Positions 20,537 through 29,917 are shown, counted from the first letter of the stretch. The stretch is 64,000 bases of DNA from Candidatus Eiseniibacteriota bacterium (GCA_963823555.1 CAWGMA010000001.1:896001-960000); one strand, 5' to 3'. Notes: generated from the letters alone by a model not told the origin. A program made the numbers and translations.

Positions 20537-22339
20537 ATGACTGGACCCAGAGCCGATGACGCGGTCAAGATGCCGGCGCCCCAAGGGCGCGAGCTTGCCG
20601 CGCTCATCGACATCCTGCGCGAGCTGAATGCCGCCGTCGATCCCTCCGATCGTCTTCCGGTCGTGGTGGCGAGGGCGGCCGGCGCGCTGGGGGCCGAGGC
20701 CGGCTCGCTCTACCTGCTCGACGGCGAACCGCCGCGCCTGGTGGCCCGAGTTCTCCACCAGCGGGCGGATGGACCGCCGCAATCCCCATCGTCGCCGCCC
20801 CCCCCGGCTCCCGCCGAGCCGCTCATCGCTCCGGGGCGCGGCACGGCCGCCTGGGTCGTGCTCAAGGGCGAGAGCCTGCGCCTGGATGATGCCCAGGCGG
20901 ACCCGCGCTTCAAGCCCTACGCCGACGACTTCTCGCCGGCGATTCGCAATCTGCTCTCGGTGCCGCTGCGTGCTGATGGCCGGATTCTCGGCGCACTCGA
21001 CGTGGTGAACCGGGAAGGCGGATTCGATGAATCCAGCGAGCGATTCCTCTCCGCGGTTGGCGACGAGATCGCGATCGCGCTGCGCAACGCATCGCTCGTG
21101 ACCAGTCTGGCCAGGGAGAAGCTCGCCCTGGAGCTCATCCGCGATGCCGGCCGCGTCCTGCTCTCGACGCTCAGCATCGAGGAGGTGCTCGAGCGCATCG
21201 TCGAGAGTCTCAGCCGGCTGGTCGACTTCGATGCCGTGGGCATCTTTCTCCTGAGCCGGGACGGCACCATCGAATACACCATCCTGCGCGGTTACGAGGA
21301 AGACAGCTTCGAGCGCGCACAGCTCAAGGTGGGGGAGGGTATCGTCGGATGGTCGATCAAGACGGGCAAGCCGGCGATCGTGCCGGATGTGCTCGCCGAT
21401 GCACGCTATGTGCTCTCGCGGGAGAGCACGCACTCGGAGTTGGTGGCCCCGCTCGTCTCGCGGGGCAAACCGTTCGGTGCCTTCGTGCTCGAGAGTGATC
21501 GCCTCGCTGCGTACTCCGATGAGGATCTGAAGCGTCTCTCGGCCTTCGCCGATTCGGCGGCGGTGGCGCTCGAGGTGGCGCGCTTGCACGAGGAGGCGGT
21601 GCGCGCCCGACGACTCGAGGAGGATCTGGCGATCGCCCGCCAGATCCAGCTCTCGTTCCTGCCCCAGGCGTCCCCCAAGCTCAAGGGCTTCGATCTGGCC
21701 GGGTTCAACATGCCCTCGCTCGAGGTCGGCGGGGACTACTACGATTTCGTGGAGGTGGCCCCCGGGCAGCTCGGGATCGCCATCGCGGATGTCGCAGGGA
21801 AGGGGGTGGCCGCCGGGCTCATCCTCTCCAGCTTCCGCTCGAGCATGCGCGCGGAGATACGGAACAACTACTCGATCTCCACCATCTTCGGAAAGGTCAA
21901 CGAGCTCCTCCTGGAGACGACCGAGCCGAGTCGCTTCGTCACCGCGCTCTATGGTGTGCTCGATGTCGAGAAACGCCGGTTCACCTACTCCTCGGCCGGG
22001 CACTATCCGGGCCTCCTCGTGCACGAAGATGGCTCGGTCGAGGAGCTTGCCGCGGGGGGGACCGTGCTCGGGGCCTTTCCGAACCAGCACTACGGTGAGG
22101 GGCACGTGACCCTGCGTGCCGGGGACATGCTCCTCCTGTATACGGATGGTGTGACCGAGGCTGCCAACAAGGAGGGAGAGGAGTTCGGAACCTCCTCGCT
22201 CCTGGATATGGCGGTGACCGTGCGTTCCCGGTCCTCGGCGAAGATCGCCGCGGCGATCGAACGCGCCGTGCGCAGTTTCTCCAAACGCAAGGTGCCGGGC
22301 GACGATCTGACGCTGGTCATCCTCAAGGTGCTGTCGTGA
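20537..22339 (+). CDS. GAF-GAF-PP2C (SpoIIE/RsbU-type) serine phosphatase
   Basis: Two GAF domains, a coiled coil, then VGGDYYD, IADVAGKG, LYTDGVTEA, DDLT; start uncertain (20510-20570). Confidence 0.9.
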   Translation: MTGPRADDAVKMPAPQGRELAALIDILRELNAAVDPSDRLPVVVARAAGALGAEAGSLYLLDGEPPRLVARVLHQRADGPPQSPSSPPPPAPAEPLIAPGRGTAAWVVLKGESLRLDDAQADPRFKPYADDFSPAIRNLLSVPLRADGRILGALDVVNREGGFDESSERFLSAVGDEIAIALRNASLVTSLAREKLALELIRDAGRVLLSTLSIEEVLERIVESLSRLVDFDAVGIFLLSRDGTIEYTILRGYEEDSFERAQLKVGEGIVGWSIKTGKPAIVPDVLADARYVLSRESTHSELVAPLVSRGKPFGAFVLESDRLAAYSDEDLKRLSAFADSAAVALEVARLHEEAVRARRLEEDLAIARQIQLSFLPQASPKLKGFDLAGFNMPSLEVGGDYYDFVEVAPGQLGIAIADVAGKGVAAGLILSSFRSSMRAEIRNNYSISTIFGKVNELLLETTEPSRFVTALYGVLDVEKRRFTYSSAGHYPGLLVHEDGSVEELAAGGTVLGAFPNQHYGEGHVTLRAGDMLLLYTDGVTEAANKEGEEFGTSSLLDMAVTVRSRSSAKIAAAIERAVRSFSKRKVPGDDLTLVILKVLS

Positions 22340-22351
22340 GGACCTCGGGTC

Positions 22352-22843
22352 TCAGGTCGTGTCGCCCCGGGGGAACGGAAGTTCCGCGCCCTCCGCGTCC
22401 TCACGCGTGAGGAGGGCCAGGACCTCTTCCGCCGAGCGGGCCGCGCGCAGGCTGGCCACGAACTCATGGCGCCGAGTGAGCCGGGCGATACGCGCCAGGG
22501 CCTTGAGCTGCGGGCCTGGCGCCTGGCGGCTCCCGATGAGGAGGAAGAAGATGTGGACCGGCGCCCCGTCCACGGCATCGAAGTCGATGCCGGCCGGGGA
22601 GATGCCGATGACGATGGCGGGCGCCTCGATGGCGGCGGCGGCGTGGGGGATGGCGATGCCGTCCCCGATGCCCGTGGACATGACGGCCTCCCGGCGGATG
22701 ACGTCGCGAAGGATGGCCTCAGGATCGGAGAAAGCGAGCGAAGCGGCGAGCCGGGCCACCAGCTGGCCGAGGATCTCGCTCTTCGTGCCAGCATGGAGGT
22801 CGAGGGCAATGCGATCGGCAGTGACGTAATCGCTGATCCGCAT
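22352..22843 (-). CDS. PTS EIIA (Fru/Ntr-type, PtsN-like)
   Basis: MRISDY, REAVMSTGIGDGIAIPH, FDAVDGAPVHIFF, LARIARL. Confidence 0.9.
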   Translation of the reverse strand: MRISDYVTADRIALDLHAGTKSEILGQLVARLAASLAFSDPEAILRDVIRREAVMSTGIGDGIAIPHAAAAIEAPAIVIGISPAGIDFDAVDGAPVHIFFLLIGSRQAPGPQLKALARIARLTRRHEFVASLRAARSAEEVLALLTREDAEGAELPFPRGDTT

Positions 22844-22933
22844 CGGGGGCGGTGGCCCTCTCTCAACAACGGGAACCGGGACCAGGACGGTGGATCGCGG
22901 TTCGCCAGGCGAACCGCAGGCGGACGGTAACAG

Positions 22934-23506
22934 ATGCCGGAGCACGCACACAACGGAAAGCCCGGCTCACCCATCGGCGCCGGGCCCGGCCGGCCCATCG
23001 CCCTGGTCGGGTTGATGGGGGTGGGCAAGACCGTCGTCGGTCGTCTCCTGGGCGAGCGGCTCGGGCGGCCGTTCGTTGACACCGATCGGGTCATCTCGAG
23101 GGCGGCCGGTCGCTCGATCACCGAGCTCTTCCGAATCGAGGGCGAACCGATGTTCCGCGAGCGCGAGCGTGCGCTGATTGCCGAGCTGCCTTCCTATTCC
23201 GGCCATGTGCTCGCCCTTGGCGGCGGCATGTTCGTCGGCGAAGAAAACGTGCGCCGGATCCACGCCACCGCCACCGTGGTCTGGCTGCGGGCCCGCCTCG
23301 CCACCCTCGCCAGCCGACTCACGCCCGCGGCGTGCGCCGAGCGTCCCTTGTTGTCCGGAGCGGATGCGATGGCGACTCTGGCGGCGCTGCACGCCGAGCG
23401 TGCTCCCTGGTACGCCAGGGCGCACCATGCGGTGGATACTGACGGGAGGGAGCCGGAAGGGGTCGTCGACCTCATCATGGCGGCCCTGGGCGAGTCATGC
23501 GGGTGA
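22934..23506 (+). CDS. aroK: Shikimate kinase
   Basis: GLMGVGKT, DTD, GEPMFRERE, LGGG, RPLL. Confidence 0.93.
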   Translation: MPEHAHNGKPGSPIGAGPGRPIALVGLMGVGKTVVGRLLGERLGRPFVDTDRVISRAAGRSITELFRIEGEPMFRERERALIAELPSYSGHVLALGGGMFVGEENVRRIHATATVVWLRARLATLASRLTPAACAERPLLSGADAMATLAALHAERAPWYARAHHAVDTDGREPEGVVDLIMAALGESCG

Positions 23507-24063
23507 CAGGTGGCGAGCTTTGCGGACGGCGCCTCAAGGTGCCCTCCGGCGACGTGCGTCCGACTGCGGATCGAGTCCGCGAGAGCCTCTTCATGGTGCT
23601 CAGCGGAGGGCTTCCCGGAGCACGGGTGCTCGATCTATTCGCCGGTTCAGGAGCGCTTGGCATCGAAGCCCTGTCCCGGGGCGCCAGGCACTGTGTCTTC
23701 GTCGAGACCAGCCGGAAGGCCGCGGCCGTCGTGGAGGCCAACTTGAAGGCGCTCGGCCTCGAGGCGCGGAGCGAGCTCCTGATCGGCTCCGCCAGTCTCT
23801 GGCTCGGTCGCCTCGCCGCTGCCAACCGCACCTTCGACCTGGTGCTCGTGGATCCACCCTATGCCGATCCCGAGATCATTTCGGTGCTCGAGGATCTCGT
23901 CCGGAAGCATGTGCTGGCCGCGCCTGGAGTCGTGGCCTGGGAGCACGACCGCCGCGCCACACCACCGCCGGAGGATCTCCTCGTTCAGGTGGACGAACGA
24001 CGATACGGGGATACGGTCGTGACCCTGCTCCGGGCCCGGGACGCACCCGTCGGGGAGCCCTAG
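23497..24063 (+). CDS. rsmD: 16S rRNA m2G966 methyltransferase
   Basis: MRVTGG, RPTADRVRESLF, LDLFAGSGALGIEALSRGA, DPPY, YGDT. Confidence 0.95.
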   Translation: MRVTGGELCGRRLKVPSGDVRPTADRVRESLFMVLSGGLPGARVLDLFAGSGALGIEALSRGARHCVFVETSRKAAAVVEANLKALGLEARSELLIGSASLWLGRLAAANRTFDLVLVDPPYADPEIISVLEDLVRKHVLAAPGVVAWEHDRRATPPPEDLLVQVDERRYGDTVVTLLRARDAPVGEP

Positions 24064-24120
24064 GGCGGGGTGGCGCAAACCTCCGAGCTTTGGCAAGATC
24101 GGAGGGCAAGGAGGTGAGCC

Positions 24121-24420
24121 ATGGCGACATTCATCCTCATGACCAAGCTGTCACCGGAGGTTACCCGCGACGTCAACCATCGGGCCGAGATCGGCCGGCA
24201 GTGGAAGGCCGCGGTCGATCAGAAGTGTCCGGGGGTCAAGTGGGTGGCCCACTATGCGCTCCTTGGTCCCTACGACTTCATGGATATCTTCGAGGCGCCG
24301 GACGAAGAGACGGCGGCGAAGGTATCCCTGATTTCGCTTTCCAAGGGCGCGGTCAAGGCCGAGTCCTGGACGGCGATCCCCTATGCTCGTTTCCTCGAGA
24401 TCGCCAAGGATGTGAGCTGA
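24121..24420 (+). CDS. GYD domain protein
   Basis: MATFILM.K, Y.LLGPYDF..IFEAPDEE.A pattern; AAGGAGG RBS. Confidence 0.8.
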   Translation: MATFILMTKLSPEVTRDVNHRAEIGRQWKAAVDQKCPGVKWVAHYALLGPYDFMDIFEAPDEETAAKVSLISLSKGAVKAESWTAIPYARFLEIAKDVS

Positions 24421-24550
24421 TTCCTCGGCGTTTTCGTGGCCGAGGGGTGGTGGCGCCCCTGATCATCCTCGCCACTCCGGAGCTTGGGCCGCCCCCGGTG
24501 GAGGCCTCGGTCTCCACTCGTCACCCAACGACCGACCGGCAGGAGGACAT

Positions 24551-25051
24551 GTGGACCGAGCGATCTTCCCCGGCACCTTCGACCCGGTGACCCTGGGTCA
24601 TCTCGACATCGTGCGGCGCGCGTTGACCATCTTCGACCGCATCGTGGTCGCGGTGGCGGAGCAGCGCGAGAAGCGGGTTCTGTTCTCTCTCGAGGAACGG
24701 GTCGAGATGATTCGGGAGGCGACGGCCGATCTCTCCGGCGTGGAGGTGGAGAGTTTTGACGGCATGCTCGTCGAGTTCGCGCGCGCGCGCGGCGTGCGCG
24801 CGATCATCCGTGGACTGCGCGTCATCTCGGATTTCGAGTACGAATTCCAGATGGCTCTCATGAACCGCCGGCTTGACGAGGGGATCGACACGATCTTCCT
24901 CATGCCCAGCGAACGCCACATCTATCTGAACTCGACCGTCGTGCGTGAGATCGCCCGGATGGGAGGGCCGATCGAGGCGTTCGTCACGCCCGGGGTGACG
25001 AAACGGCTCCGGGCCCGATTCACCGCCGGGCCCACGAGGGTGGCACCCTAA
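24551..25051 (+). CDS. coaD: Phosphopantetheine adenylyltransferase
   Basis: [32 protein letters not shown]. Confidence 0.97.
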   Translation: MDRAIFPGTFDPVTLGHLDIVRRALTIFDRIVVAVAEQREKRVLFSLEERVEMIREATADLSGVEVESFDGMLVEFARARGVRAIIRGLRVISDFEYEFQMALMNRRLDEGIDTIFLMPSERHIYLNSTVVREIARMGGPIEAFVTPGVTKRLRARFTAGPTRVAP

Positions 25052-25107
25052 CCGCTGCCGGCGGCCACAGCGGCAACGAGATTGTCCACAGCGGAGACGT
25101 GCAGCCG

Positions 25108-26208
25108 ATGTTTGTCGATTCAGTGACGATCGACGTCGCAGGCGGGCGAGGGGGTGATGGTTGCATCTCCTTCCGCCGTGAAAAGTTCGTGCCCAAGGGC
25201 GGTCCCAACGGTGGTGATGGTGGTCACGGCGGCAGCGTGATCCTCGTTGTCGACCAGAACTTGCGTACATTGCTCGATTTCCGCCATCGGGCCCGTTTCG
25301 CGGCCGAGCGCGGCGAGCATGGGCGAGGCAAGAACCAGTACGGACGCTCGGGAGCCGATCTCCTGGTCCCCGTCCCGCCGGGGACATTGGTCACAGATGT
25401 CGAGACCGGCACGATGCTTGCCGATCTCACAGTGGCAGGGGAGTCCGTGGTCATCGCCGCCGGCGGCCGCGGTGGGTGGGGCAACGCCCATTTTGCCACC
25501 CCGACCCGTCAGGCGCCGCGCTTCGCGCGGCCGGGCACTCCGGGCGAAGCGCGCCGGATCCAGCTCGAACTCAAGCTGATTGCCGACGTTGGGCTGGTCG
25601 GCCTGCCCAACGCGGGCAAGTCGACCTTGCTGTCGCGATTGTCCGCGGCCCGGCCGCGAATCGCCTCCTATCCATTCACCACCCTGGAGCCGCATCTGGG
25701 GATTGTCTCGATCGCGGAGGGCGTGAGCTTCGTCATGGCCGACTTGCCGGGCTTGATCGCCGGAGCCCACGCGGGCAAGGGGCTGGGCATTCAGTTCCTG
25801 AAGCACATCGAACGGACCCAGGTCCTGGTCTTCCTGCTCGATGTGAGTCATGAGGACCCGGAAGCCGACCTCGACCTGTTGCGGCATGAGCTGGGGGCCT
25901 ACTCGCTAGCCCTGCTCGACAAACCCCATCTCATCTGCTACTCGAAGCTCGATCTCCTGGCCGGGCAGCCGCTGCCGAAGGCTGCGGCTGCCCGGGTGGG
26001 AAGGGATGAAGCCCTGGCGATCTCCGCCGCCACCGGCGAACATCTGGAACGCCTGAAGAACCGCCTCGCTCGCGAGCTGGGACTGACCGGGCCAGCGGCG
26101 ACCCCGGAGGTCGCGGCGACCAGGGGGATCGTCCCGGCCCCGCCCGCTGGGGACGGGGACCGGGCCGCCGACCATCCCAACAACGCCGGAGGAGAGATTC
26201 CAACATGA
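25108..26208 (+). CDS. obg: GTPase ObgE/CgtA
   Basis: [35 protein letters not shown]. Confidence 0.97.
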   Translation: MFVDSVTIDVAGGRGGDGCISFRREKFVPKGGPNGGDGGHGGSVILVVDQNLRTLLDFRHRARFAAERGEHGRGKNQYGRSGADLLVPVPPGTLVTDVETGTMLADLTVAGESVVIAAGGRGGWGNAHFATPTRQAPRFARPGTPGEARRIQLELKLIADVGLVGLPNAGKSTLLSRLSAARPRIASYPFTTLEPHLGIVSIAEGVSFVMADLPGLIAGAHAGKGLGIQFLKHIERTQVLVFLLDVSHEDPEADLDLLRHELGAYSLALLDKPHLICYSKLDLLAGQPLPKAAAARVGRDEALAISAATGEHLERLKNRLARELGLTGPAATPEVAATRGIVPAPPAGDGDRAADHPNNAGGEIPT

Positions 26209-26786
26209 CTCCGCGCTCGAATCCGTCGAGCTTTGATCCGCGGCTCCGCACCCTGCAGGGGAAGCTCGAAGTCATCACTCAGCTGCGCCGCGACATGGCT
26301 GATAAGGCCGTCCCTCTGCTGCTTGAGCTCCTGTGTGATCAGAGCTGGCACGTGCGGGAGAGGGCGGTCGAAGCCCTTGCCGAGCGGGGCGAGGAGGTCG
26401 TGGCGCCGCTCTCCAGCCTGCTTCATGACGGTCTCTGGTACACGCGAGCTTGTGCCGCCGAGGCCCTGGGGAAGATCGGGGCTGTTCCCAGCCTCAGGAC
26501 GCTGGCCACCCGGCTCGGTGATGACAACGAGACCGTGCGCAGGGCGGTATCGGTTGCCCTCGCGGCCATGGTTCGGCGGCATGGTGGCGAAACCGTGCGG
26601 GCTGCTCTCGAAACGGAGGGGATCGACCCGGACCGCGCGCGGAACACGCCGGAGCTCGCCGCTCTCGCTCAGGCATTCATGGATGATCGGGCCAGGGAGC
26701 GAGAGAACGACCCGGGGCCGGGCATGGACCCGGGGGGGGACAAGCCGGGAGGGGATGCCCCGGCCGACGGACACGCAGGGAGCTGA
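26205..26786 (+). CDS. HEAT-repeat protein
   Basis: Three HEAT-like repeats (LL.D..W.VR..A.EAL); ATGA overlap with the obg stop. Confidence 0.8.
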   Translation: MTPRSNPSSFDPRLRTLQGKLEVITQLRRDMADKAVPLLLELLCDQSWHVRERAVEALAERGEEVVAPLSSLLHDGLWYTRACAAEALGKIGAVPSLRTLATRLGDDNETVRRAVSVALAAMVRRHGGETVRAALETEGIDPDRARNTPELAALAQAFMDDRARERENDPGPGMDPGGDKPGGDAPADGHAGS

Positions 26787-26842
26787 GGCGCTCCGGCCTG
26801 CAGGCGGGACGAGAGACCATCGGGCGACCGCCGGAGGATCTC

Positions 26843-28033
26843 TTGGATCCAGACCAGTTGGCGGCCGCCATCTGCCTCGATGAAACGCCCGGGGGACGGC
26901 TCGGCCCCCGCGAACGCAAAGAGTGTCTTGAGCACCATCTCGGGCCGCTCGGCATCCTTCTCACGTCACCGAAGCTCAGCGCCCAGCGCGCGCGATGGCA
27001 GGATCGTCGAGCGCGCTCCGCCTGGCGGGCCCGAGCCGAGGCCTTTGCCGCCCGCGGGGGGCGCTTCCTCCCGGCCACGGATCCTGCCTATCCGCTTCGT
27101 CTCACGCCCTTCGAGTGGGCGCCGGCCTGGCTCTACGCCCTGGGAACGAGCGCCCTTCCTGACCGCACGGTGGCCATTGTGGGCACGCGCCGTGCCACCC
27201 CGAGTGCCCGGGAGCTTGCCGCCGGCCTGGCCCGCGGCTGCGCCACGGCGGGAGTGTGCGTGATCTCGGGGCTCGCGCGCGGCATCGATGCAGCGGCCCA
27301 TCATGGAGCGCTCGAAAGGGATGGAGTGACGGTCGCCGTGCTCGGGACCGGTGTCGATCGCTGCTATCCTGCCGTGAATCGCCATCTCTACGCTGCCATA
27401 GCGGAGCGCGGGCTCCTCTTGAGTCCCTTTCCTCCGGGCGCGCCGCCGCGCCGTGAGCACTTTCCGCAGCGCAACGCGTTACTCGCCGCCCTGGCGCGGG
27501 CCGTTGTCGTCATCCAGGCTCCAGCCCGGAGCGGTGCCCTCCTGACCGCCCATCACGCCGCCGAGATCGGCTGCGACGTGCTCGCCGTACCGGGCGACCC
27601 CATCCTGCCGGAGAACGCGGGCTCCAATCGCCTGCTCGCGGCTGGAGCCCGGGTGGCGCTCGGCATCGAGGATGTGCTAAGCGCTGTCGCTGGCTACGAG
27701 GTCCCGACATCCGGAGTGACGACGGTGGCGGGGGGAGGGCTGGATCCCCCGCTCGTGCCACCGATCGCAGCAGTCGATCGCCGCCTGCTCGCCGAGCTGG
27801 ACCTCGTCCCCCGCGCACCCGATCAGCTGGCCGTCGCCCTGGACACGCCGGTGACCGAGGTGCTCGCGGGCCTCCTCCGACTCGAGCTGGCCGGCCTGGT
27901 CGAGAGGCTTCCGGGAAGCGCGGTGCGGCTGACTCCTCGCGCGGCTCGTTCCGCGCGGATACGATGGGCCGATGACGGCGATCATCGCCGGCGCCGACGC
28001 CCGGGCAGGAACACGGAGGAACGGGGTTCATGA
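26843..28033 (+). CDS. dprA: DNA-processing protein DprA/Smf
   Basis: YP.RL, VAIVGTR, ISGLARGIDAAAH, FPQRN, SGALLTA, C-terminal LLRLEL.G winged helix; start uncertain. Confidence 0.92.
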   Translation: MDPDQLAAAICLDETPGGRLGPRERKECLEHHLGPLGILLTSPKLSAQRARWQDRRARSAWRARAEAFAARGGRFLPATDPAYPLRLTPFEWAPAWLYALGTSALPDRTVAIVGTRRATPSARELAAGLARGCATAGVCVISGLARGIDAAAHHGALERDGVTVAVLGTGVDRCYPAVNRHLYAAIAERGLLLSPFPPGAPPRREHFPQRNALLAALARAVVVIQAPARSGALLTAHHAAEIGCDVLAVPGDPILPENAGSNRLLAAGARVALGIEDVLSAVAGYEVPTSGVTTVAGGGLDPPLVPPIAAVDRRLLAELDLVPRAPDQLAVALDTPVTEVLAGLLRLELAGLVERLPGSAVRLTPRAARSARIRWADDGDHRRRRRPGRNTEERGS

Positions 28034-29049
28034 GCGAGGAGATCGTCGAGACCGAGCAGCCAAGGCCGGTTTCATTCTGGCTGGATATCGGCTATCGCAG
28101 CCAGTACCTCGCCTTGCGCGTGGCCATGGAAGCGGCCGGTCTGCTGCCGCGCTCCTTGATGGGTGTCGCCGGCGACTGGGCCGGTGAGTTCGTGTATCGC
28201 GTGCTGCGCGTTCGTCGCCGGGTGGTCGAGGACAACTTGCGCGCCACCCTGGGCCAGACCCTGGATCGGGCTGGCATCGACTTGATCGCCCGCGGCGTGT
28301 ACCACCACCTCGGTCGCACGCTATTCGAGTACGGGAGCTTCCGCCGGTTGGATCCGGAACGCCTTCGCGAGTGGGTCGAAGTGCGTGGCGTCGAACATCT
28401 CAAGGAAGTTCAGGAGCGAGGTCGCGGTGCCATCCTGGTCACCGGTCATTTCGGAAACTGGGAGCTGATCGGTGCGGTTGTCGCCATGTACGGCTACCCG
28501 ATTCACTTCCTCGCCAAGGAGCAGCGCAATCCGTATGTCGACCGCTACATGGACCGCACGCGTCGCAAGCACCTCGGGGTGGGCGTGCTCAACCCCGGGC
28601 CCGAGCTCCGGCGCGTCTATCGCGCCCTGCGCCAAGGCGAAATGCTGGGCATGCTGTTCGATCAGGATGCGGGGCCGCGTGGGGAGTTTCTCGATGTGCT
28701 CGGTCGCGTGGCTTCGGTGCAGACAGGGGCCGCGGTTCTCTCCCACCGGACGGGGGCGCCGATCCTGACCGGCGGCATATTCCGCCTACCTGATGGGCAC
28801 CACCGGGTTTCGATCGAGCCGGCCATCGATCCCAATACCGAGGCGCCCCTGGCGGATGAGGTGCGCCGGCTCACCACCCATGCCGCAGCCAGCCTGGAGC
28901 GCTTGATCTGCCTCCACCCCGAGCAGTACTACTGGGTTCATCGCCGATGGAAGACGAGACCGCCGGGGGAAGAGAGGGACACCAAGTCGTCGCCGGGCGG
29001 GATGCAAGTCGGAACACAAAAAGGTTCCCCATCGCCTTCACGCCGCTAG
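28030..29049 (+). CDS. Lipid A biosynthesis acyltransferase (LpxL/HtrB family)
   Basis: TGHFGNWE, LFDQD, PEQYYWVHRRWK. Confidence 0.9.
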   Translation: MSEEIVETEQPRPVSFWLDIGYRSQYLALRVAMEAAGLLPRSLMGVAGDWAGEFVYRVLRVRRRVVEDNLRATLGQTLDRAGIDLIARGVYHHLGRTLFEYGSFRRLDPERLREWVEVRGVEHLKEVQERGRGAILVTGHFGNWELIGAVVAMYGYPIHFLAKEQRNPYVDRYMDRTRRKHLGVGVLNPGPELRRVYRALRQGEMLGMLFDQDAGPRGEFLDVLGRVASVQTGAAVLSHRTGAPILTGGIFRLPDGHHRVSIEPAIDPNTEAPLADEVRRLTTHAAASLERLICLHPEQYYWVHRRWKTRPPGEERDTKSSPGGMQVGTQKGSPSPSRR

Positions 29050-29166
29050 CCATCCGTGGCGACCCCACACATCTTTGAATGGGGCACGTCCGCTCTCTAG
29101 GGCCGAGTGTTACGGTCACCTGGAGTGGTCTCGGGCGCGACTGCGATAGGGAACCCCGCTCCGCTT
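29018..29166 (-). ncRNA. ssrS: Structured ncRNA, probable compact 6S RNA
   Basis: Minus-strand rod: 29155-43/29035-23 (13 bp), 29140-34/29044-38 (7 bp), 29120-14/29064-58 (7 bp). Each helix has a G-U pair that works only on the minus strand. Own sigma70 promoter and a terminal U5. 6S identity is inferred from geometry and a pRNA-like template. Confidence 0.65.
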
Positions 29167-29172
29167 GACGAC

Positions 29173-29201
29173 AAGCTAGCCGCCGACTCCTGGCCTGTCA
29201 A
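29173..29201 (-). promoter_or_regulatory. sigma70 promoter of the ncRNA
   Basis: TTGACA (29201-29196)-N17-TAGCTT (29178-29173); predicted +1 at about A29166. Confidence 0.75.
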
Positions 29202-29297
29202 GCTGGGTCGTGTGCGGGGAAGTTGAAATCTTCGTTGTGGATTTTCGGTCCCCGATCCGCTTCGGTGCCGACCGGTCCCGACGCGGCCGGCCTCCGT

Positions 29298-29663
29298 TCA
29301 CGACTGCGGTGGCGCTCCACCTGATTCGGTGGGTATGGGAGTCGTGAACCCGATATGCCGCGGGGCCAGTTCGCCCGGCGGTGACGGGATCGTGCCGTGG
29401 TCGCCCTCGTAGCGGGCGATGTTCTGGTCGAGAGCAGCGCGCAGCGCCTTCACATGCTGCGGTGTCATGACGATACGGGCGTGAACGCGCGCCCGGCGGG
29501 CGCCAGGGAGGATGCGAGCGAAGTCGAGGATAAATTCAGAAGGGGTATGGGAAATGAGGGCCAGGTTGGAATAGATGCCCTCCGATTCACGCTCTCCGAG
29601 TTCGACGCCGATCGACTGCACCGGGGGTGCGTTGCTCGCCGGGGGCCGCTGTCCGCTCGCCAT
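29298..29663 (-). CDS. DUF3467-family protein
   Basis: EGIYSNLALISHTPSEFILDF...ARIVMTPQHVK.L..AL..NI..YE..HG.I. Confidence 0.85.
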   Translation of the reverse strand: MASGQRPPASNAPPVQSIGVELGERESEGIYSNLALISHTPSEFILDFARILPGARRARVHARIVMTPQHVKALRAALDQNIARYEGDHGTIPSPPGELAPRHIGFTTPIPTESGGAPPQS

Positions 29664-29781
29664 GCCAGGTCCTCACGGGGTTGGGTGCCGGAATGCAGGT
29701 CCTTTCCAGCGCGCTGGTTGCCGCTGTCGGGTCCACCAGATGCCGGGGCTGTCTGGATCCCGGACGGCATCGGGCCCAAGA

Positions 29782-29810
29782 ACCGTAGGCGGCGCCCGGT
29801 CGCCCGTCAA
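29782..29810 (-). promoter_or_regulatory. sigma70-type promoter of the DUF3467 gene
   Basis: TTGACG-N17-TACGGT on the minus strand, ~120 nt upstream of the ATG. Confidence 0.55.
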
Positions 29811-29888
29811 GACAGGGAATCGAGACGGAGGCCCAGGGCCCGGTTGGCTCCCCTATCCGGGGGCGGGGCATGCCGGCGAGCTTTCCCG

Positions 29889-29917
29889 TTGCCTGGCCGG
29901 TCCTGGAATGCTAGCTT
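29889..29917 (+). promoter_or_regulatory. sigma70-type promoter of the radical SAM-rng unit
   Basis: TTGCCT-N17 (ending TGc)-TAGCTT followed by an AT-rich tract. Confidence 0.5.

Noticed and set aside
25082..25090. DnaA-box-like TTGTCCACA upstream of obg
   Set aside because: A single box with no cluster or AT-rich unwinding element; not an origin, and chance occurrence is plausible
29018..29166. SRP RNA, tmRNA, RNase P RNA, tRNA or retron msr-msd as the identity of the ncRNA
   Set aside because: No SRP CAGG-GNRA-AGCAG domain, no tRNA-like ends or T-loop, no RNase P GAGGAAAGUCC motif, and no reverse transcriptase in the window
29163..29203. 7-bp inverted repeat GCTTGAC/GTCAAGC flanking the ncRNA promoter, as a divergent promoter or operator
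   Set aside because: The + strand TTGACG has no -10 box at the right distance, and a 7-bp repeat with a 27-nt gap is too weak to call
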